Below are positions 48,083 through 58,586 of a stretch of 64,000 nt of DNA, piece after piece (within the stretch, counting starts at the first letter, position 1; every line of letters starts with the position of its first letter). The notes beneath the pieces were generated by a model that searched no databases, had not been told where the DNA came from, and worked only from the letters and a program-made list of their open reading frames with translations. The stretch is from Acidobacteriota bacterium (GTDB lineage: Bacteria > Acidobacteriota > UBA6911), in the NCBI GenBank assembly GCA_963664705.1, contig OY761556.1:1952001-2016000 (forward strand). Reading direction: 5' to 3'. The position numbers and the translations under genes were made by a program.

Positions 48083-50077
48083 TCACTCGGCCGGCAGACA
48101 GTTCGCCAGCATCTCCGCAATATCCATAACCTGGACGGATTCATCTGCATTTTTAGCCTTCAAGCCATCGCTCAGCATAGTCATGCAAAATGGGCATTCG
48201 GTGGCGACAGCCTTCGGACCAAGACTCAGTGCTTCTTCCGTCCTCTCGACATTGATTCTTTTGCCGGTGGACTCCTCCATAAACATCCTTGCTCCACCGG
48301 CACCGCAGCATAACCCTCTGCTCCGGGACCGTTTCATGTCAGAGAAATCCACACCGGTGCGCTTGACCAATGTTCTTGGCAGGTCATAGATACCGTTGTA
48401 GCGCCCGATATAGCAGGAATCATGGAATGTAACACGCCCTGTCTGACGGGCCTCGATTTCGAGTCTTCCCGACTTCACCAGCTGCTCCAGGAATTCCGTG
48501 TGATGAAAAACCTGATACCTGCCGCCGAACTGTGGATAATCATTTTTCAGCGCATTGAAGCAGTGGGGACAGCTGGTCATTATTTTTTTGACTTTGTAGC
48601 GGGACAGAGTCTCGAGATTTTCGGAAATCAGCATCTGGGCCAGGTATTCGTTTCCGCTTCGGCGGGCCGGATCCCCATTGCATTTTTCCTCCTTTCCAAG
48701 TACGGCAAAAGAAACACCGGCGGCATTCAGGAGCTTTATCATTGCCCTGGATACCTTCTGGTACCTGGCATCAAATGCACCTGCACAACCTACCCAGAAA
48801 AGCAGATCTACGTCGCCATTGACCTCAGCCATTGTCCGGACATCGAGATCTTTTGCCCAGTCCATTCTGGCATCCGGACTGATTCCCCAGGGATTGAAGG
48901 CTGTTTCCAGACCTTTGTACGCCTGTGTCAATTCCTTGGGAAATCTGGATTCGCTCAGCACCAGATACCTGCGCATTTCCATAATCACCGGAATATGCTC
49001 GATGGCTACCGGGCATTCCTGCATGCAGGCTCGGCAGGTTGTGCAATCCCACAGCTCCTGCTCCTGGATGTAGGAGTCGAGCAATTTGTGTTTCGCAATG
49101 CCAGGCTTTTGCGGAAGCGTTTGAGCAATTAGCAGCGGCGCCAACTCGCCGGTTCTCTCCCGCACGTTCATGATGATCTTGCGGGGGCTGAGCGCTTTTC
49201 CGGTGATGCTTGCAGGACATGCAGCCGTGCACCTGCCGCAATCCGTACAGGTAAAGCCGTCGAGCAGTTGCTTCCAGGTCAGATCGCCGACATCCGACAC
49301 GCCATAGCTTTCGACGCTCTCATCCTCCAGATTCAATGCCTTCAACTCGCCGTAAGGTCTCAACGATGAAAAAAAGACATTCGGGATACTGGTCAGAACA
49401 TGCAGATGCTTCGAATAGGGAAGATAATTGAGAAAGCCCAGGATAAGCAGGATATGAGTCCACCAGGAAAGCCCCGCCCAGATGGCCAGATGCGAACCTG
49501 CAAAAACCGGCAGGATCAGGCAGGAGACGAAACGAGCGGCGTAAATTTCCTTGGACGCGAGCATCTGCGTGGCATTGGTGCAGAACATCGATCCCATGAT
49601 CATCAGGATAAGGCAGAGAATGAGCGTGGCATCCAGGCGAATATGTCCTGTGATTTCACGCCCATAGAAACGTCTGGGAGGATGCAGGTACCATCGCCCC
49701 AGCGCAAAGATACAGGAGAGGATAACCAGGGCCCCGATGATTTCCTGGGCAACAGCAATACCGGGAAAGAGAAACCCGACGCTTCTTTTTAGGGAAAAGG
49801 AGGGAAAAATCCCCTGCACGACGGCCTCAAAGACTGCAGACAGGAGAATGACAAATCCCCAAAAGATAAAAAAATGCATCAACCCCGCAACCGGATCGCG
49901 CAGCAGCTTGGACTGGGCAAATGCGATAACCAGAATATTTTTAAGCCGCCGGATGGGATGATCCAGACGAGGTTCCGCTCTTCCGATCCTGATTTCCCGG
50001 ATCAATCGATAGCAGCTGCGGGCAAAGCATCCAAAGGCGACAAGAAGAAGAATCGCGAATACCACGGTTCGTATCAT
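48083..50077 (-). CDS. Membrane-bound (Fe-S) oxidoreductase, FadF/HdrD-like (NarI-like TM + 2x4Fe-4S + 2 CCG)
   Basis: MHFFIFWGF, WWTH, PYSKHLH, CTDCGRC..ACP, CTTCRAC..ECP, CPHC, HDSCY.GR, CCGAGG, CPFC. Confidence 0.88.
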   Translation of the reverse strand: MIRTVVFAILLLVAFGCFARSCYRLIREIRIGRAEPRLDHPIRRLKNILVIAFAQSKLLRDPVAGLMHFFIFWGFVILLSAVFEAVVQGIFPSFSLKRSVGFLFPGIAVAQEIIGALVILSCIFALGRWYLHPPRRFYGREITGHIRLDATLILCLILMIMGSMFCTNATQMLASKEIYAARFVSCLILPVFAGSHLAIWAGLSWWTHILLILGFLNYLPYSKHLHVLTSIPNVFFSSLRPYGELKALNLEDESVESYGVSDVGDLTWKQLLDGFTCTDCGRCTAACPASITGKALSPRKIIMNVRERTGELAPLLIAQTLPQKPGIAKHKLLDSYIQEQELWDCTTCRACMQECPVAIEHIPVIMEMRRYLVLSESRFPKELTQAYKGLETAFNPWGISPDARMDWAKDLDVRTMAEVNGDVDLLFWVGCAGAFDARYQKVSRAMIKLLNAAGVSFAVLGKEEKCNGDPARRSGNEYLAQMLISENLETLSRYKVKKIMTSCPHCFNALKNDYPQFGGRYQVFHHTEFLEQLVKSGRLEIEARQTGRVTFHDSCYIGRYNGIYDLPRTLVKRTGVDFSDMKRSRSRGLCCGAGGARMFMEESTGKRINVERTEEALSLGPKAVATECPFCMTMLSDGLKAKNADESVQVMDIAEMLANCLPAE

Positions 50078-50275
50078 GGGCGAAAAACCGACAATATCTG
50101 CAGAATAACCGATGATGGATTATTCATACAAGGTGGTTTCTATCAAACCGGACTTGCGTTACAATATTCACGAGGAAGCCGCCCGGCTCCCTAACATCGA
50201 GTGTTCAAAACGGTTAGCATGGTTCATTAGAAGTTGGCAATAGTGTCTAGTATTTGGACACACTGTCTTTTGTAC

Positions 50276-50303
50276 TTGATTTGTTTTGTTGCATTTATAT
50301 AAT
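50276..50303 (+). promoter_or_regulatory. Putative sigma70 promoter of the nuo operon
   Basis: TTGATT-N16-TATAAT in the AT-rich divergent region. Confidence 0.45.
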
Positions 50304-50436
50304 TTGCGTTTGATCTCCACTGACCATCGATTTCTATCAGTCTTCAAACGCTGCCATTTTGCAGATTGAGTGATGGCGCGGCGAAAAACAACTGAGGAAG
50401 GAATGGGTCTGTCCTCGGTTCACAGGGAGTGGGTCT

Positions 50437-50826
50437 ATGCTGTTCAGTTTCGGTACGGTTCTTCTCTTTTTTGTCGTAGGTTTTATCTTCCTTGTTTTCA
50501 CGCTCTTTCTGTCACGCCTGATACAGGCTAAAGGCGTGCCTGGCGTCGACAAGTACATTCCCTACGAATGCGGGGAGGTTCCGGAAGGTTCTGCCTGGAT
50601 ACGCTTTAACATACGGTTTTATGTGTTTGCCCTGGTGTTCATCATTTTTGATGTGGAAATAGTATTTTTGCTCCCCTGGGCCGTTGTCTTCAAGAAGCTT
50701 GGTTCTTTTGCCTTTCTTGAAGGTCTTGTATTCATAGTCATACTCGCGGTCGGGCTGGCCTACGTTTGGAAAAAGGGCGACCTGGAATGGGTGAAGCCGG
50801 ACGATTTGGACGCTATGAAGGAATAG
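50437..50826 (+). CDS. nuoA: Complex I subunit A
   Basis: PYECGE, FY..AL.FIIFDVE...[11 protein letters not shown]. Confidence 0.95.
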   Translation: MLFSFGTVLLFFVVGFIFLVFTLFLSRLIQAKGVPGVDKYIPYECGEVPEGSAWIRFNIRFYVFALVFIIFDVEIVFLLPWAVVFKKLGSFAFLEGLVFIVILAVGLAYVWKKGDLEWVKPDDLDAMKE

Positions 50827-50835
50827 GGAAAACAA

Positions 50836-51336
50836 ATGAGCGTTTTGGAAGGAAAATTCGAAGAAAATGTCTTCATAACATCCCTGGACTGGGTGTTTAA
50901 CTGGGCTCGCTCGTCCTCCCCATGGCCGCTGTCCTTTGGACTGGCATGCTGTGCCATTGAAATGATGGCTGCAGGTGCGTCGCGCTATGACTTGGCCCGT
51001 TTCGGAGCAGAAGTCTTTCGTGGGACTCCAAGGCAGGCGGATATCATGATTGTGGCCGGCACTGTTTCCCTGAAAATGGCAACGCGGATCAAGCGACTTT
51101 ATGATCAGATGGCGTCTCCAAAGTATGTTATTTCGATGGGCAGCTGCGCCAATCGCGGAGGCCCCTATTTCCGGCATGGGTATCACGTTCTCAAAGGAGT
51201 AGATCAGATCATTCCGGTGGATGTTTATGTCCCGGGCTGTCCTCCGCGTCCGGAAGCGCTCCTGGAGGGAATTATCAAACTGCAGGAAAAGATCCGGAAA
51301 GAAACGATTGCCAAAGACAAGGCGGGGGCAGCATGA
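50836..51336 (+). CDS. nuoB: Complex I subunit B (copy 2)
   Basis: [28 protein letters not shown]. Confidence 0.95.
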   Translation: MSVLEGKFEENVFITSLDWVFNWARSSSPWPLSFGLACCAIEMMAAGASRYDLARFGAEVFRGTPRQADIMIVAGTVSLKMATRIKRLYDQMASPKYVISMGSCANRGGPYFRHGYHVLKGVDQIIPVDVYVPGCPPRPEALLEGIIKLQEKIRKETIAKDKAGAA

Positions 51337-51800
51337 CTCCACAGGAAATCGCGGCGTTACTGACGGAAAAATTCGAAGGCAAAATTCTCGAATCCAAAAC
51401 GGACTCGCTCAGTCCCTGGAGTGCTGTTGAATCCGCTTGCATCCTCGAGATCGGCCGTTTCCTGAAAGAAGACGGCCGGCTGTCCATGGATCACCTGGAA
51501 CTGCTGGGTGGGGCAGACTACAAGGACCGTATTGAAGTCGTTTACATTCTCTTTTCCATGAAGCATCGGCATCGCTACACTCTGAAATGCCGACTCCCCA
51601 GGGAAGCCCCGGCTCTCTCCACGGTCGAATCCCTCTGGGGCGTGGCCAATTGGCATGAGCGTGAAGCGTTCGATATGTTCGGGATTGTTTTTGAGGGGCA
51701 CAGCGACCTGCGCCGAATACTTTGCCCTGACGACTGGGAAGGATATCCCCTGCGTAAGGATTATAAGAGCCCGACAAGTTATCGGGACATGCCTGTCTAG
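51333..51800 (+). CDS. nuoC: Complex I subunit C
   Basis: [22 protein letters not shown]...W.GYPLRKDY. Confidence 0.95.
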   Translation: MTPQEIAALLTEKFEGKILESKTDSLSPWSAVESACILEIGRFLKEDGRLSMDHLELLGGADYKDRIEVVYILFSMKHRHRYTLKCRLPREAPALSTVESLWGVANWHEREAFDMFGIVFEGHSDLRRILCPDDWEGYPLRKDYKSPTSYRDMPV

Positions 51801-51808
51801 GAGGATCG

Positions 51809-52930
51809 ATGGAGGTTGATTACAGCGGCGACGTAATGACGCTGAACATGGGGCCGCAGCACCCTTCGACGCACGGAGTCTTGCGCCTTGAGCTCAAGAC
51901 GGACGGCGAAGTGGTGGCAGATGCCATCCCGCATATCGGATATTTGCATCGGTGCTTCGAAAAGCATGTCGAAAACGTGGATTATGCCGGGGTGGTCCCA
52001 TACACGGACCGGATGGATTACTGCGCAGCCATGAACATGGAGCTGGGCTACGTTCTCACGGTCGAAAAGCTGATGGGAATCGAAGTCAACAACCGTGTGC
52101 GCTGCATCCGGATCATCATGGCGGAATTGAGCAGAATTGCCAGCCATCTGATTGCGGCGGGAACGTACGGCAATGATATTGGCTCTTTCACGCCATTCCT
52201 GTGGTGCTTCCGCGACCGGGAGACGATCCTCGATATTTTCGAAGAAACCTGCGGGGCCCGGCTTCTGTATAACTACAATTGGGTCGGCGGGCTGATGTAC
52301 GACGTTAAGCCCGGTTTTGAAAAGAAAGTCATCGAGTTTATCGATTACTTCGAGCCTCAGGTCGGCAACCTGAATCGAATTCTCTCCGACAACTATATTT
52401 TCATCAAGCGAACCGCCAGCGTTGGAATTCTGTCGCCGGAAATGGCCATCAGCTATGGCGTCACGGGACCGAATCTTCGAGGCAGCGGTGTGAAATTTGA
52501 CGTCCGCAAGGATGAGCCTTACCTCGGGTACCAGGATATCGATTTCGAAGTTGCGGTAGGGCAGGGGGAATATGGCCCCATTGGTTCCTGCTGGGATCGA
52601 TACATGGTCCGGATTCGTGAAGTGCGGGAAAGCTGCAAAATCATCCGCCAGGCCGTCGCCCAGATGACGCCAGGGGATGTGCATGAAACCGTCCCCAAGC
52701 GCATCAAGCCACCGGCAGGCGAAATTTATATGCGGACAGAGTGTCCCAGGGGTGAATTAGGGTATTACATCGTCAGCGATGGAACTCTGAAGCCTTATAG
52801 ACTGAAGGTGAAATCACCCTGTTTCACCGTCATGAGCGCTTTCCGGGACGTCAGCAGGGGATCGATGATTTCCGATGTTGTGGCGATTCTGGGAAGCTTT
52901 GATATCGTGTTAGGCGAAATCGACCGCTAG
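51809..52930 (+). CDS. nuoD: Complex I subunit D (copy 2)
   Basis: NMGPQHPSTHG, IGYLHR, YTDRMDY, GEIDR. Confidence 0.95.
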   Translation: MEVDYSGDVMTLNMGPQHPSTHGVLRLELKTDGEVVADAIPHIGYLHRCFEKHVENVDYAGVVPYTDRMDYCAAMNMELGYVLTVEKLMGIEVNNRVRCIRIIMAELSRIASHLIAAGTYGNDIGSFTPFLWCFRDRETILDIFEETCGARLLYNYNWVGGLMYDVKPGFEKKVIEFIDYFEPQVGNLNRILSDNYIFIKRTASVGILSPEMAISYGVTGPNLRGSGVKFDVRKDEPYLGYQDIDFEVAVGQGEYGPIGSCWDRYMVRIREVRESCKIIRQAVAQMTPGDVHETVPKRIKPPAGEIYMRTECPRGELGYYIVSDGTLKPYRLKVKSPCFTVMSAFRDVSRGSMISDVVAILGSFDIVLGEIDR

Positions 52931-52945
52931 TAGAGGATTGTACCA

Positions 52946-54001
52946 ATGGAGTCTCTTGCGCGACTGCTGCAACTAATACCGAAATATGATGCGCTTCCCG
53001 GCTTTCTGCAGGCGATTCTTCCGGGCCTGGTCAGCAGTGTTGTGATTTTTGCACTGATGGCGCTTGCGGTGCTCTTCCTCGTATGGCTGGAGAGGAAGGT
53101 ATCAGCTCATATTCAGGATCGCCTGGGTCCGATGTATGTGGGCGGATGGCACGGGTGGGCCCAAACCATCGCGGACGCGGTAAAACTTCTGCTGAAGGAA
53201 GACATTGTCCCCGCATCCGCTGACACGCTTCTGTATAAGATGGCCCCCTTTATCGTGTTTCTCGGTGCCTTTGCGGCCTTTGTCGTTATACCTTTCGGGG
53301 CCGCCTCGTTTGTAACCGATCTCAATATCGGGGTCTTGTATATTGTGGCAGTCGGCAGTCTCTCGGTAATCGGAATTATCATGGCCGGCTGGGCATCGAA
53401 CAACAAATATTCCCTCTATGGGGGAATGCGTGCAGCCGCGCAGATCATCAGCTATGAGATTCCATCCGCCATCGCCATCATGACTGTTATCATCCCGGTC
53501 GGAAGTCTGTCGATGGTGGACATCGTGAATGCGCAGAATGGCGGCATTCATCACTGGTTCATCTTTCGCAATCCATTCACCTTCCTGGCCTGCATCATTT
53601 ACTTTGTGGGGTCGCTCGCTGAGGTCAATCGTACGCCGTTTGATATTCCCGAAGCGGAATCGGAACTGGTGGCCGGCTATCATACCGAATACTCCGGAAT
53701 GCGTTTTGCATTTTTCTTCCTCGCTGAATACGCGAACATGATTCTTGTTGCCAGCGTTACCACCGCTCTTTTTCTCGGCGGATGGACGCCGGTCCTGCCA
53801 TCATCCATTGCTCCGCAGCTTTTGCCGGGACCGGTTACATTCCTGCTGAAGGTGCTGATTGTGGTGTTTGTCCAGATGTGGCTGCGCTGGTCCCTCCCGC
53901 GCCTGAGAGTGGATCAGCTCATGTATCTGAGCTGGAAGGTGCTGCTTCCAATCTCCCTCGTCCTTGTACTGGGCGTCGGCTGGCTGACGATCTATTGGTA
54001 G
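52946..54001 (+). CDS. nuoH: Complex I subunit H
   Basis: ERKV...[42 protein letters not shown]. Confidence 0.96.
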   Translation: MESLARLLQLIPKYDALPGFLQAILPGLVSSVVIFALMALAVLFLVWLERKVSAHIQDRLGPMYVGGWHGWAQTIADAVKLLLKEDIVPASADTLLYKMAPFIVFLGAFAAFVVIPFGAASFVTDLNIGVLYIVAVGSLSVIGIIMAGWASNNKYSLYGGMRAAAQIISYEIPSAIAIMTVIIPVGSLSMVDIVNAQNGGIHHWFIFRNPFTFLACIIYFVGSLAEVNRTPFDIPEAESELVAGYHTEYSGMRFAFFFLAEYANMILVASVTTALFLGGWTPVLPSSIAPQLLPGPVTFLLKVLIVVFVQMWLRWSLPRLRVDQLMYLSWKVLLPISLVLVLGVGWLTIYW

Positions 54002-54020
54002 GCCTTTTTAGGAAAACTGT

Positions 54021-54500
54021 ATGTTGACTTATTTTCGTAATCTCTGGCTCGGACTCACCACGGTGTTGCACTCGATGCATGAGGCATGGGGCCATCTGTT
54101 TACCCGCTCCGTGACACTGCAATATCCCACGCAAAAATGGACAATGCCGGAACGGAGCCGGGCACGGCTTTTGAACAAGATTGACGACTGCATTGGCTGC
54201 GGACAGTGCGCCCGTTCCTGTCCAACCAGCTGCATCACGATCCAGACCGAAAAGAGATCTAAAGAGGAGCCGCCGGTCTTTGCCTCCGACGGCACGGCCA
54301 AAAAGCTTCGCACGGTCGTCTTCGACATTGACATGACACTCTGCTGCTATTGCGGCCTGTGCACATTCGCCTGCCCCACGCATTGCCTGGTCATGACAGG
54401 GGCGTATGAGTATTCGGTTTACGATAGGAATGAACACACCTATCACTTTGCCAAGGAAAAGCCGCTCGGTGAAGCGCCAAAGGAGCAATCAACGGTCTAG
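54021..54500 (+). CDS. nuoI: Complex I subunit I (copy 2)
   Basis: TLQYP, CIGCGQCARSCP, CCYCGLCTFACP. Confidence 0.93.
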   Translation: MLTYFRNLWLGLTTVLHSMHEAWGHLFTRSVTLQYPTQKWTMPERSRARLLNKIDDCIGCGQCARSCPTSCITIQTEKRSKEEPPVFASDGTAKKLRTVVFDIDMTLCCYCGLCTFACPTHCLVMTGAYEYSVYDRNEHTYHFAKEKPLGEAPKEQSTV

Positions 54501-54515
54501 GCCCGAAATTTACCC

Positions 54516-55022
54516 ATGGACAATAAACTGGTTACCCAAGTCATTTTTTACTTTTTTGCGATCCTGACAGTCGGCTCCGCGGCGGTTGTGGTTTTTTCCA
54601 AAAGCCTCATCCGCGCTGCTTTTGCCCTGTTGTTTACTTTTTTTGGCGTTGCGGCGCTGTACGCTTTTCTTGGAGCGGACTTTCTCGCGGCAACACAAAT
54701 GGTCATCTATGTCGGCGGCATCCTCGTTCTGCTGCTGTTCGGCGTTATGCTTACCCACAAGCTCTATGACCTGAATCTGAGATCGGAGACCTTCCAGTTC
54801 ATTCCCGCTGTTATTGCGGTGCTGAGCATTTTTCTGCTGTTGGGGACTTTCATGATGAAGACCCAGTGGCATACTGGAGGCCAGAGAGCCCCGCTGCCCA
54901 CCACCTCGACCATCGGCGAATTATTCATGCAGGACTATATACTTCCTTTTGAAGCTGCCTCCATCCTTCTAATTGTTGCGCTGATCGGGGCTGCCATGAT
55001 CGTCAGGAGAAGATCGGAATGA
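54516..55022 (+). CDS. nuoJ: Complex I subunit J
   Basis: ADFLA..Q..IYVGGI.VL.LF, PFE..S..L..A.IGA. Confidence 0.95.
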   Translation: MDNKLVTQVIFYFFAILTVGSAAVVVFSKSLIRAAFALLFTFFGVAALYAFLGADFLAATQMVIYVGGILVLLLFGVMLTHKLYDLNLRSETFQFIPAVIAVLSIFLLLGTFMMKTQWHTGGQRAPLPTTSTIGELFMQDYILPFEAASILLIVALIGAAMIVRRRSE

Positions 55023-55324
55023 TAGGACTCAGCCATTATCTCATCATTAGCGCGGCGCTGTTCTCCCTGGGCATTATGGCGGTTCTTACGCGCAAGAATG
55101 CCGTCAACGTCCTGATGGGAGTCGAACTGATTCTGAACTCCGCCAATATCAACCTGGTTGCATTCTCCAGGTTTTCCGCGGGAAATATCAGCGGACAAAT
55201 TTTTGCCATTTTTATCATTGTAGTTGCCGCGGCCGAAGCGGCAGTGGCCTTGGCCATTGTTCTTTCGATGTACCGAATTATCAAAACCGTAAACCTGGAT
55301 CGGGCGGATACGCTGAAAGGGTAG
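55019..55324 (+). CDS. nuoK: Complex I subunit K
   Basis: MGVELILNSANIN, AAAEAAV.LA. Confidence 0.95.
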   Translation: MIGLSHYLIISAALFSLGIMAVLTRKNAVNVLMGVELILNSANINLVAFSRFSAGNISGQIFAIFIIVVAAAEAAVALAIVLSMYRIIKTVNLDRADTLKG

Positions 55325-55326
55325 GC

Positions 55327-56814
55327 ATGAATCCCCAGCTGCTTTTGGATCTTAAGAAGTTCTATCCTGAAATTACTCTGACGGCCGCTCTCCTATGCGT
55401 AATCGTGGTGGATATTGGATTCCCGCGAATTCGGAAGCAACTCAGCTTCGCCATCACGGCCCTGTCCCTGGCAGCCGCATTTTTCCTCAGCATTCCGTTG
55501 TTCCACTCTACTCCCGGAACGCTGTTTTATGGCACGCTTGCGCTGGATCCCATGGCCGTCTTCTTCAAGGGCTTCCTTATCCTTACCTCGTTCCTCGTCC
55601 TGCTGGCCACTCCGGGCTCAAAGGAACTCTATCAGCACCACCTTGGTGAATTCTACGCTCTGCTCCTCGGCGTTACGATCGGCATGCTTCTGCTGACCTC
55701 CAGTGTCGATCTGATCATGCTATACATTGCGCTGGAAACACTGTCGATCGGCAGCTATGTCATGGTGGGATATCTGAAGAATGACCGTCAATCCAACGAA
55801 GCATCGCTGAAATATCTGCTCTTTGGTGCGGTCTCAACCGGTTGCATGCTTTATGGCATGACAATTCTCTACGGATTGACCGGATCCACAAAACTGGCGG
55901 TCATCCGGGAGGTTTTTGCTTCCAGCGCATTTGCAGGCGGCAATGCCGCCATGCTGCTGATTGCGACGGCCCTGATGCTTGCCGGCTTTGGATTCAAAAC
56001 CGCCGCGGTGCCGTTTCATTTCTGGTGCCCGGATGTATATACCGGGGCTCCGACTCCGGTTACGGCCTTTTTGAGTGTGGCTCCTAAAGCCGCCGGGTTT
56101 GCCATGCTTGTCCGTTTCTTCTTCACCGGCCTTTCCACCTCTGCCACGCCCGGCTATTGGGTACCGTTCCACCAGATCGACTGGCATATCCTGATACTTG
56201 CCATCTCGGTTATTACAATGGTTCTGGGAAATATCGCTGCTCTGCGCCAGGATAATATCAAGCGGATGCTGGCCTATTCCTCCATTGCACACGCCGGCTA
56301 TATCTTCATGGGTGCCGTAGTCCTGACTGCCCAGGGCCTTCAGTCGATTCTCATTTATCTGATCACATACCTTTTCATGAACCTGGGTGCCTTTCTTGTG
56401 GTCATCGAGGTTTTCAATCGCACCGGGAGTTTTGACCTCAAGGATTACCGCGGGCTGTACCGCCGATCTCCATTCCTCACGATTGCGATGAGCGTTTTCA
56501 TGCTTTCGCTGATGGGAATTCCTCCCTTTGCCGGCTTTTGGGGAAAGATGTATGTGTTTATGGCGGCGGTGAACCGGAACCTGGCATGGTTTGCCGTGGT
56601 TGGCGCCCTCAACAGTGTCATCGCGGTCTACTATTATGTCCGGGTTATCAAAACCATGATCATTGAGCCCAACGAGGATATGACGCCCATTCAAATCCCC
56701 TGGACCAGTCACGTCATGGTTTGGGTCATGATGATTCCAACCGCCGCGATGATGCTCTTCTGGAACCAGATCGAAAAGCTGACGATGAGTTCTCTCAGCC
56801 TATTTTTGGGGTAA
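55327..56814 (+). CDS. nuoN: Complex I subunit N
   Basis: ALETLS, EASLKY, GFKTAAVPFHFW.PDVY.GAP.PV, KRMLAYSSI.HAGY, GIPP.AGF.GK. Confidence 0.93.
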   Translation: MNPQLLLDLKKFYPEITLTAALLCVIVVDIGFPRIRKQLSFAITALSLAAAFFLSIPLFHSTPGTLFYGTLALDPMAVFFKGFLILTSFLVLLATPGSKELYQHHLGEFYALLLGVTIGMLLLTSSVDLIMLYIALETLSIGSYVMVGYLKNDRQSNEASLKYLLFGAVSTGCMLYGMTILYGLTGSTKLAVIREVFASSAFAGGNAAMLLIATALMLAGFGFKTAAVPFHFWCPDVYTGAPTPVTAFLSVAPKAAGFAMLVRFFFTGLSTSATPGYWVPFHQIDWHILILAISVITMVLGNIAALRQDNIKRMLAYSSIAHAGYIFMGAVVLTAQGLQSILIYLITYLFMNLGAFLVVIEVFNRTGSFDLKDYRGLYRRSPFLTIAMSVFMLSLMGIPPFAGFWGKMYVFMAAVNRNLAWFAVVGALNSVIAVYYYVRVIKTMIIEPNEDMTPIQIPWTSHVMVWVMMIPTAAMMLFWNQIEKLTMSSLSLFLG

Positions 56815-56847
56815 TCCGTAGATTGGCGTTTGCAATTTCCAGGCGCC

Positions 56848-57897
56848 TCAGTCGGGAATATATCTGCCGGTATGCAGGTAGTTCATTACCACGGTAGTTC
56901 CCAAAGCCGCAAGAGAAGCAAGACTGGAGCTTTCCTCATCGGGCGAGTAGGTCAAGCCCAACTCCCGACATCGTCCGAAAAAGCGTCCAATAACGGGAGC
57001 CACAACCTTTTCCCGTGCGCCGGTCCACCGGGCGATCGTTTCCACCAGGAATCGACGGTTTCTGCGAATGAGGTTTTTGGCTGGAACACTCCGTTTGTGC
57101 CCGTTGGATACAATAAAGATCTTCCGTAGATCCTCATCATAGATGCCCAAGGCATTGTCTTTGAAATCGTCAAGGTCTTCCCCGTAATAATCGATCAGCG
57201 TGTAGGTCTTGAGATGATAGGGAGAGTCCAGTTGCTCTTCCTCAAATGTGATCGGCGCCCGTTTGCCTCGCAGTCGGCGCATTGCGGCATCGATATACTC
57301 CAACTTTTTAATGCAGGGCCATTTCCGGTAGATGCTTCGCCAGTTTGACCGGGGCGTCAACCACACGGCGAAAGTCTCGGCAAAATCCTCGTCCGGATGG
57401 GCCTGCGCATAATACTTCGGCTCCCCTTGACTCCGAACATACCCACGGCTGAATCGGTTAAACTTAAACTTGAAATTTGTTGGGTAAGTACTGTTAAATT
57501 CACCAAATAAATCAGTCCACTCTCGCTCTTCATAGAGCGCAAAGGCATAGTTGATTGCGTGGCCAGCCTCATGGCGGAGCAGGACCATAAGATCGCTTTT
57601 ATCGTAGGATGTGTATCCCATCTCCCGCTCGAGTTTTACAAGCCTGTTGTCTGCCAGGTGAAAGGGAATACCAATGATGGGCACACGATCCGGACAACCC
57701 CATTCGTCTCCGGCGCAGGTAAAGTAATAGGCGGGGCGGAAAGCTAGCTTTTTGGCTTCTAGCTCGACATAAAGCTTTTGAATACAACGATATAATAGAG
57801 TTTGTTCAAGATCGAGTTTTAGGTCACGGATTCGGGTGTTCAGAAGAGCGTATCGTTCGGTTTCCCAATTCAGCTCAAACTTCAGCTCGGTGGCCAT
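56848..57897 (-). CDS. Putative zinc-binding metallopeptidase (Peptidase_Mx1-like)
   Basis: LRHEAGHA (HExxH) and YAQAHPDEDFAETFAVWL. Confidence 0.8.
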   Translation of the reverse strand: MATELKFELNWETERYALLNTRIRDLKLDLEQTLLYRCIQKLYVELEAKKLAFRPAYYFTCAGDEWGCPDRVPIIGIPFHLADNRLVKLEREMGYTSYDKSDLMVLLRHEAGHAINYAFALYEEREWTDLFGEFNSTYPTNFKFKFNRFSRGYVRSQGEPKYYAQAHPDEDFAETFAVWLTPRSNWRSIYRKWPCIKKLEYIDAAMRRLRGKRAPITFEEEQLDSPYHLKTYTLIDYYGEDLDDFKDNALGIYDEDLRKIFIVSNGHKRSVPAKNLIRRNRRFLVETIARWTGAREKVVAPVIGRFFGRCRELGLTYSPDEESSSLASLAALGTTVVMNYLHTGRYIPD

Positions 57898-58070
57898 CTT
57901 TTCGTACTCGGGGAGACATTGGGAGAGAGATCACCCCATCCAGGCACCGCCTCGGCTTTTGCCTGGACGAATGATGATTATATGCCATGGCCGAAAGACG
58001 TTGAAGAGGATTTACAACTAAATATTATCCATTGTAAGCAATAGATAAATAAAGACTAACAGGATTATCT

Positions 58071-58400
58071 CTATTTAGGTTTCTCTGTGGTTGAAATACG
58101 GATTTCGCTGGCGGAACCATCCAGACCAATGCCATTTTTGGAGGACTTCTTCAGATCCATCTTCACCTGAAGGATGGAAAAAATCTTCAGCTCGCCAAAC
58201 TCAGCAGCCTTGCCATTGACCGTAATTTTGGCGGAGGAGGCATCCAGGAGATACTTTGCTTTTCCCGGGATATGGGAAACCAGGATCAGCTTCTCCGAGC
58301 TCGATATCGAAAGGAGGCGATACATTCCCGACTCGACAGGAAAGGCACTCAGGCAAATCAACACCAAGGCAATGACCAGCCACACTCTCTTCATTTTCAT
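58071..58400 (-). CDS. Small exported hypothetical protein
   Basis: Signal peptide MKMKRVWLVIALVLICLSA, AAGGA RBS. Confidence 0.6.
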   Translation of the reverse strand: MKMKRVWLVIALVLICLSAFPVESGMYRLLSISSSEKLILVSHIPGKAKYLLDASSAKITVNGKAAEFGELKIFSILQVKMDLKKSSKNGIGLDGSASEIRISTTEKPK

Positions 58401-58586
58401 GGCACCGGTTCCTTTTATGGACCATCCGGCATGACCCGGCATATGGACCCCGCTTATTGGAGTTACGAGCAGCACTGAAGGTTCAATCTCAGCTTCATTT
58501 CATCTCCCCTGAGCATTATAGCCTATTGCAAAACGCAGGACGCGCTTCTTGTTTTATGGTATCCATACAGTTTCAGGAGAATCCGA

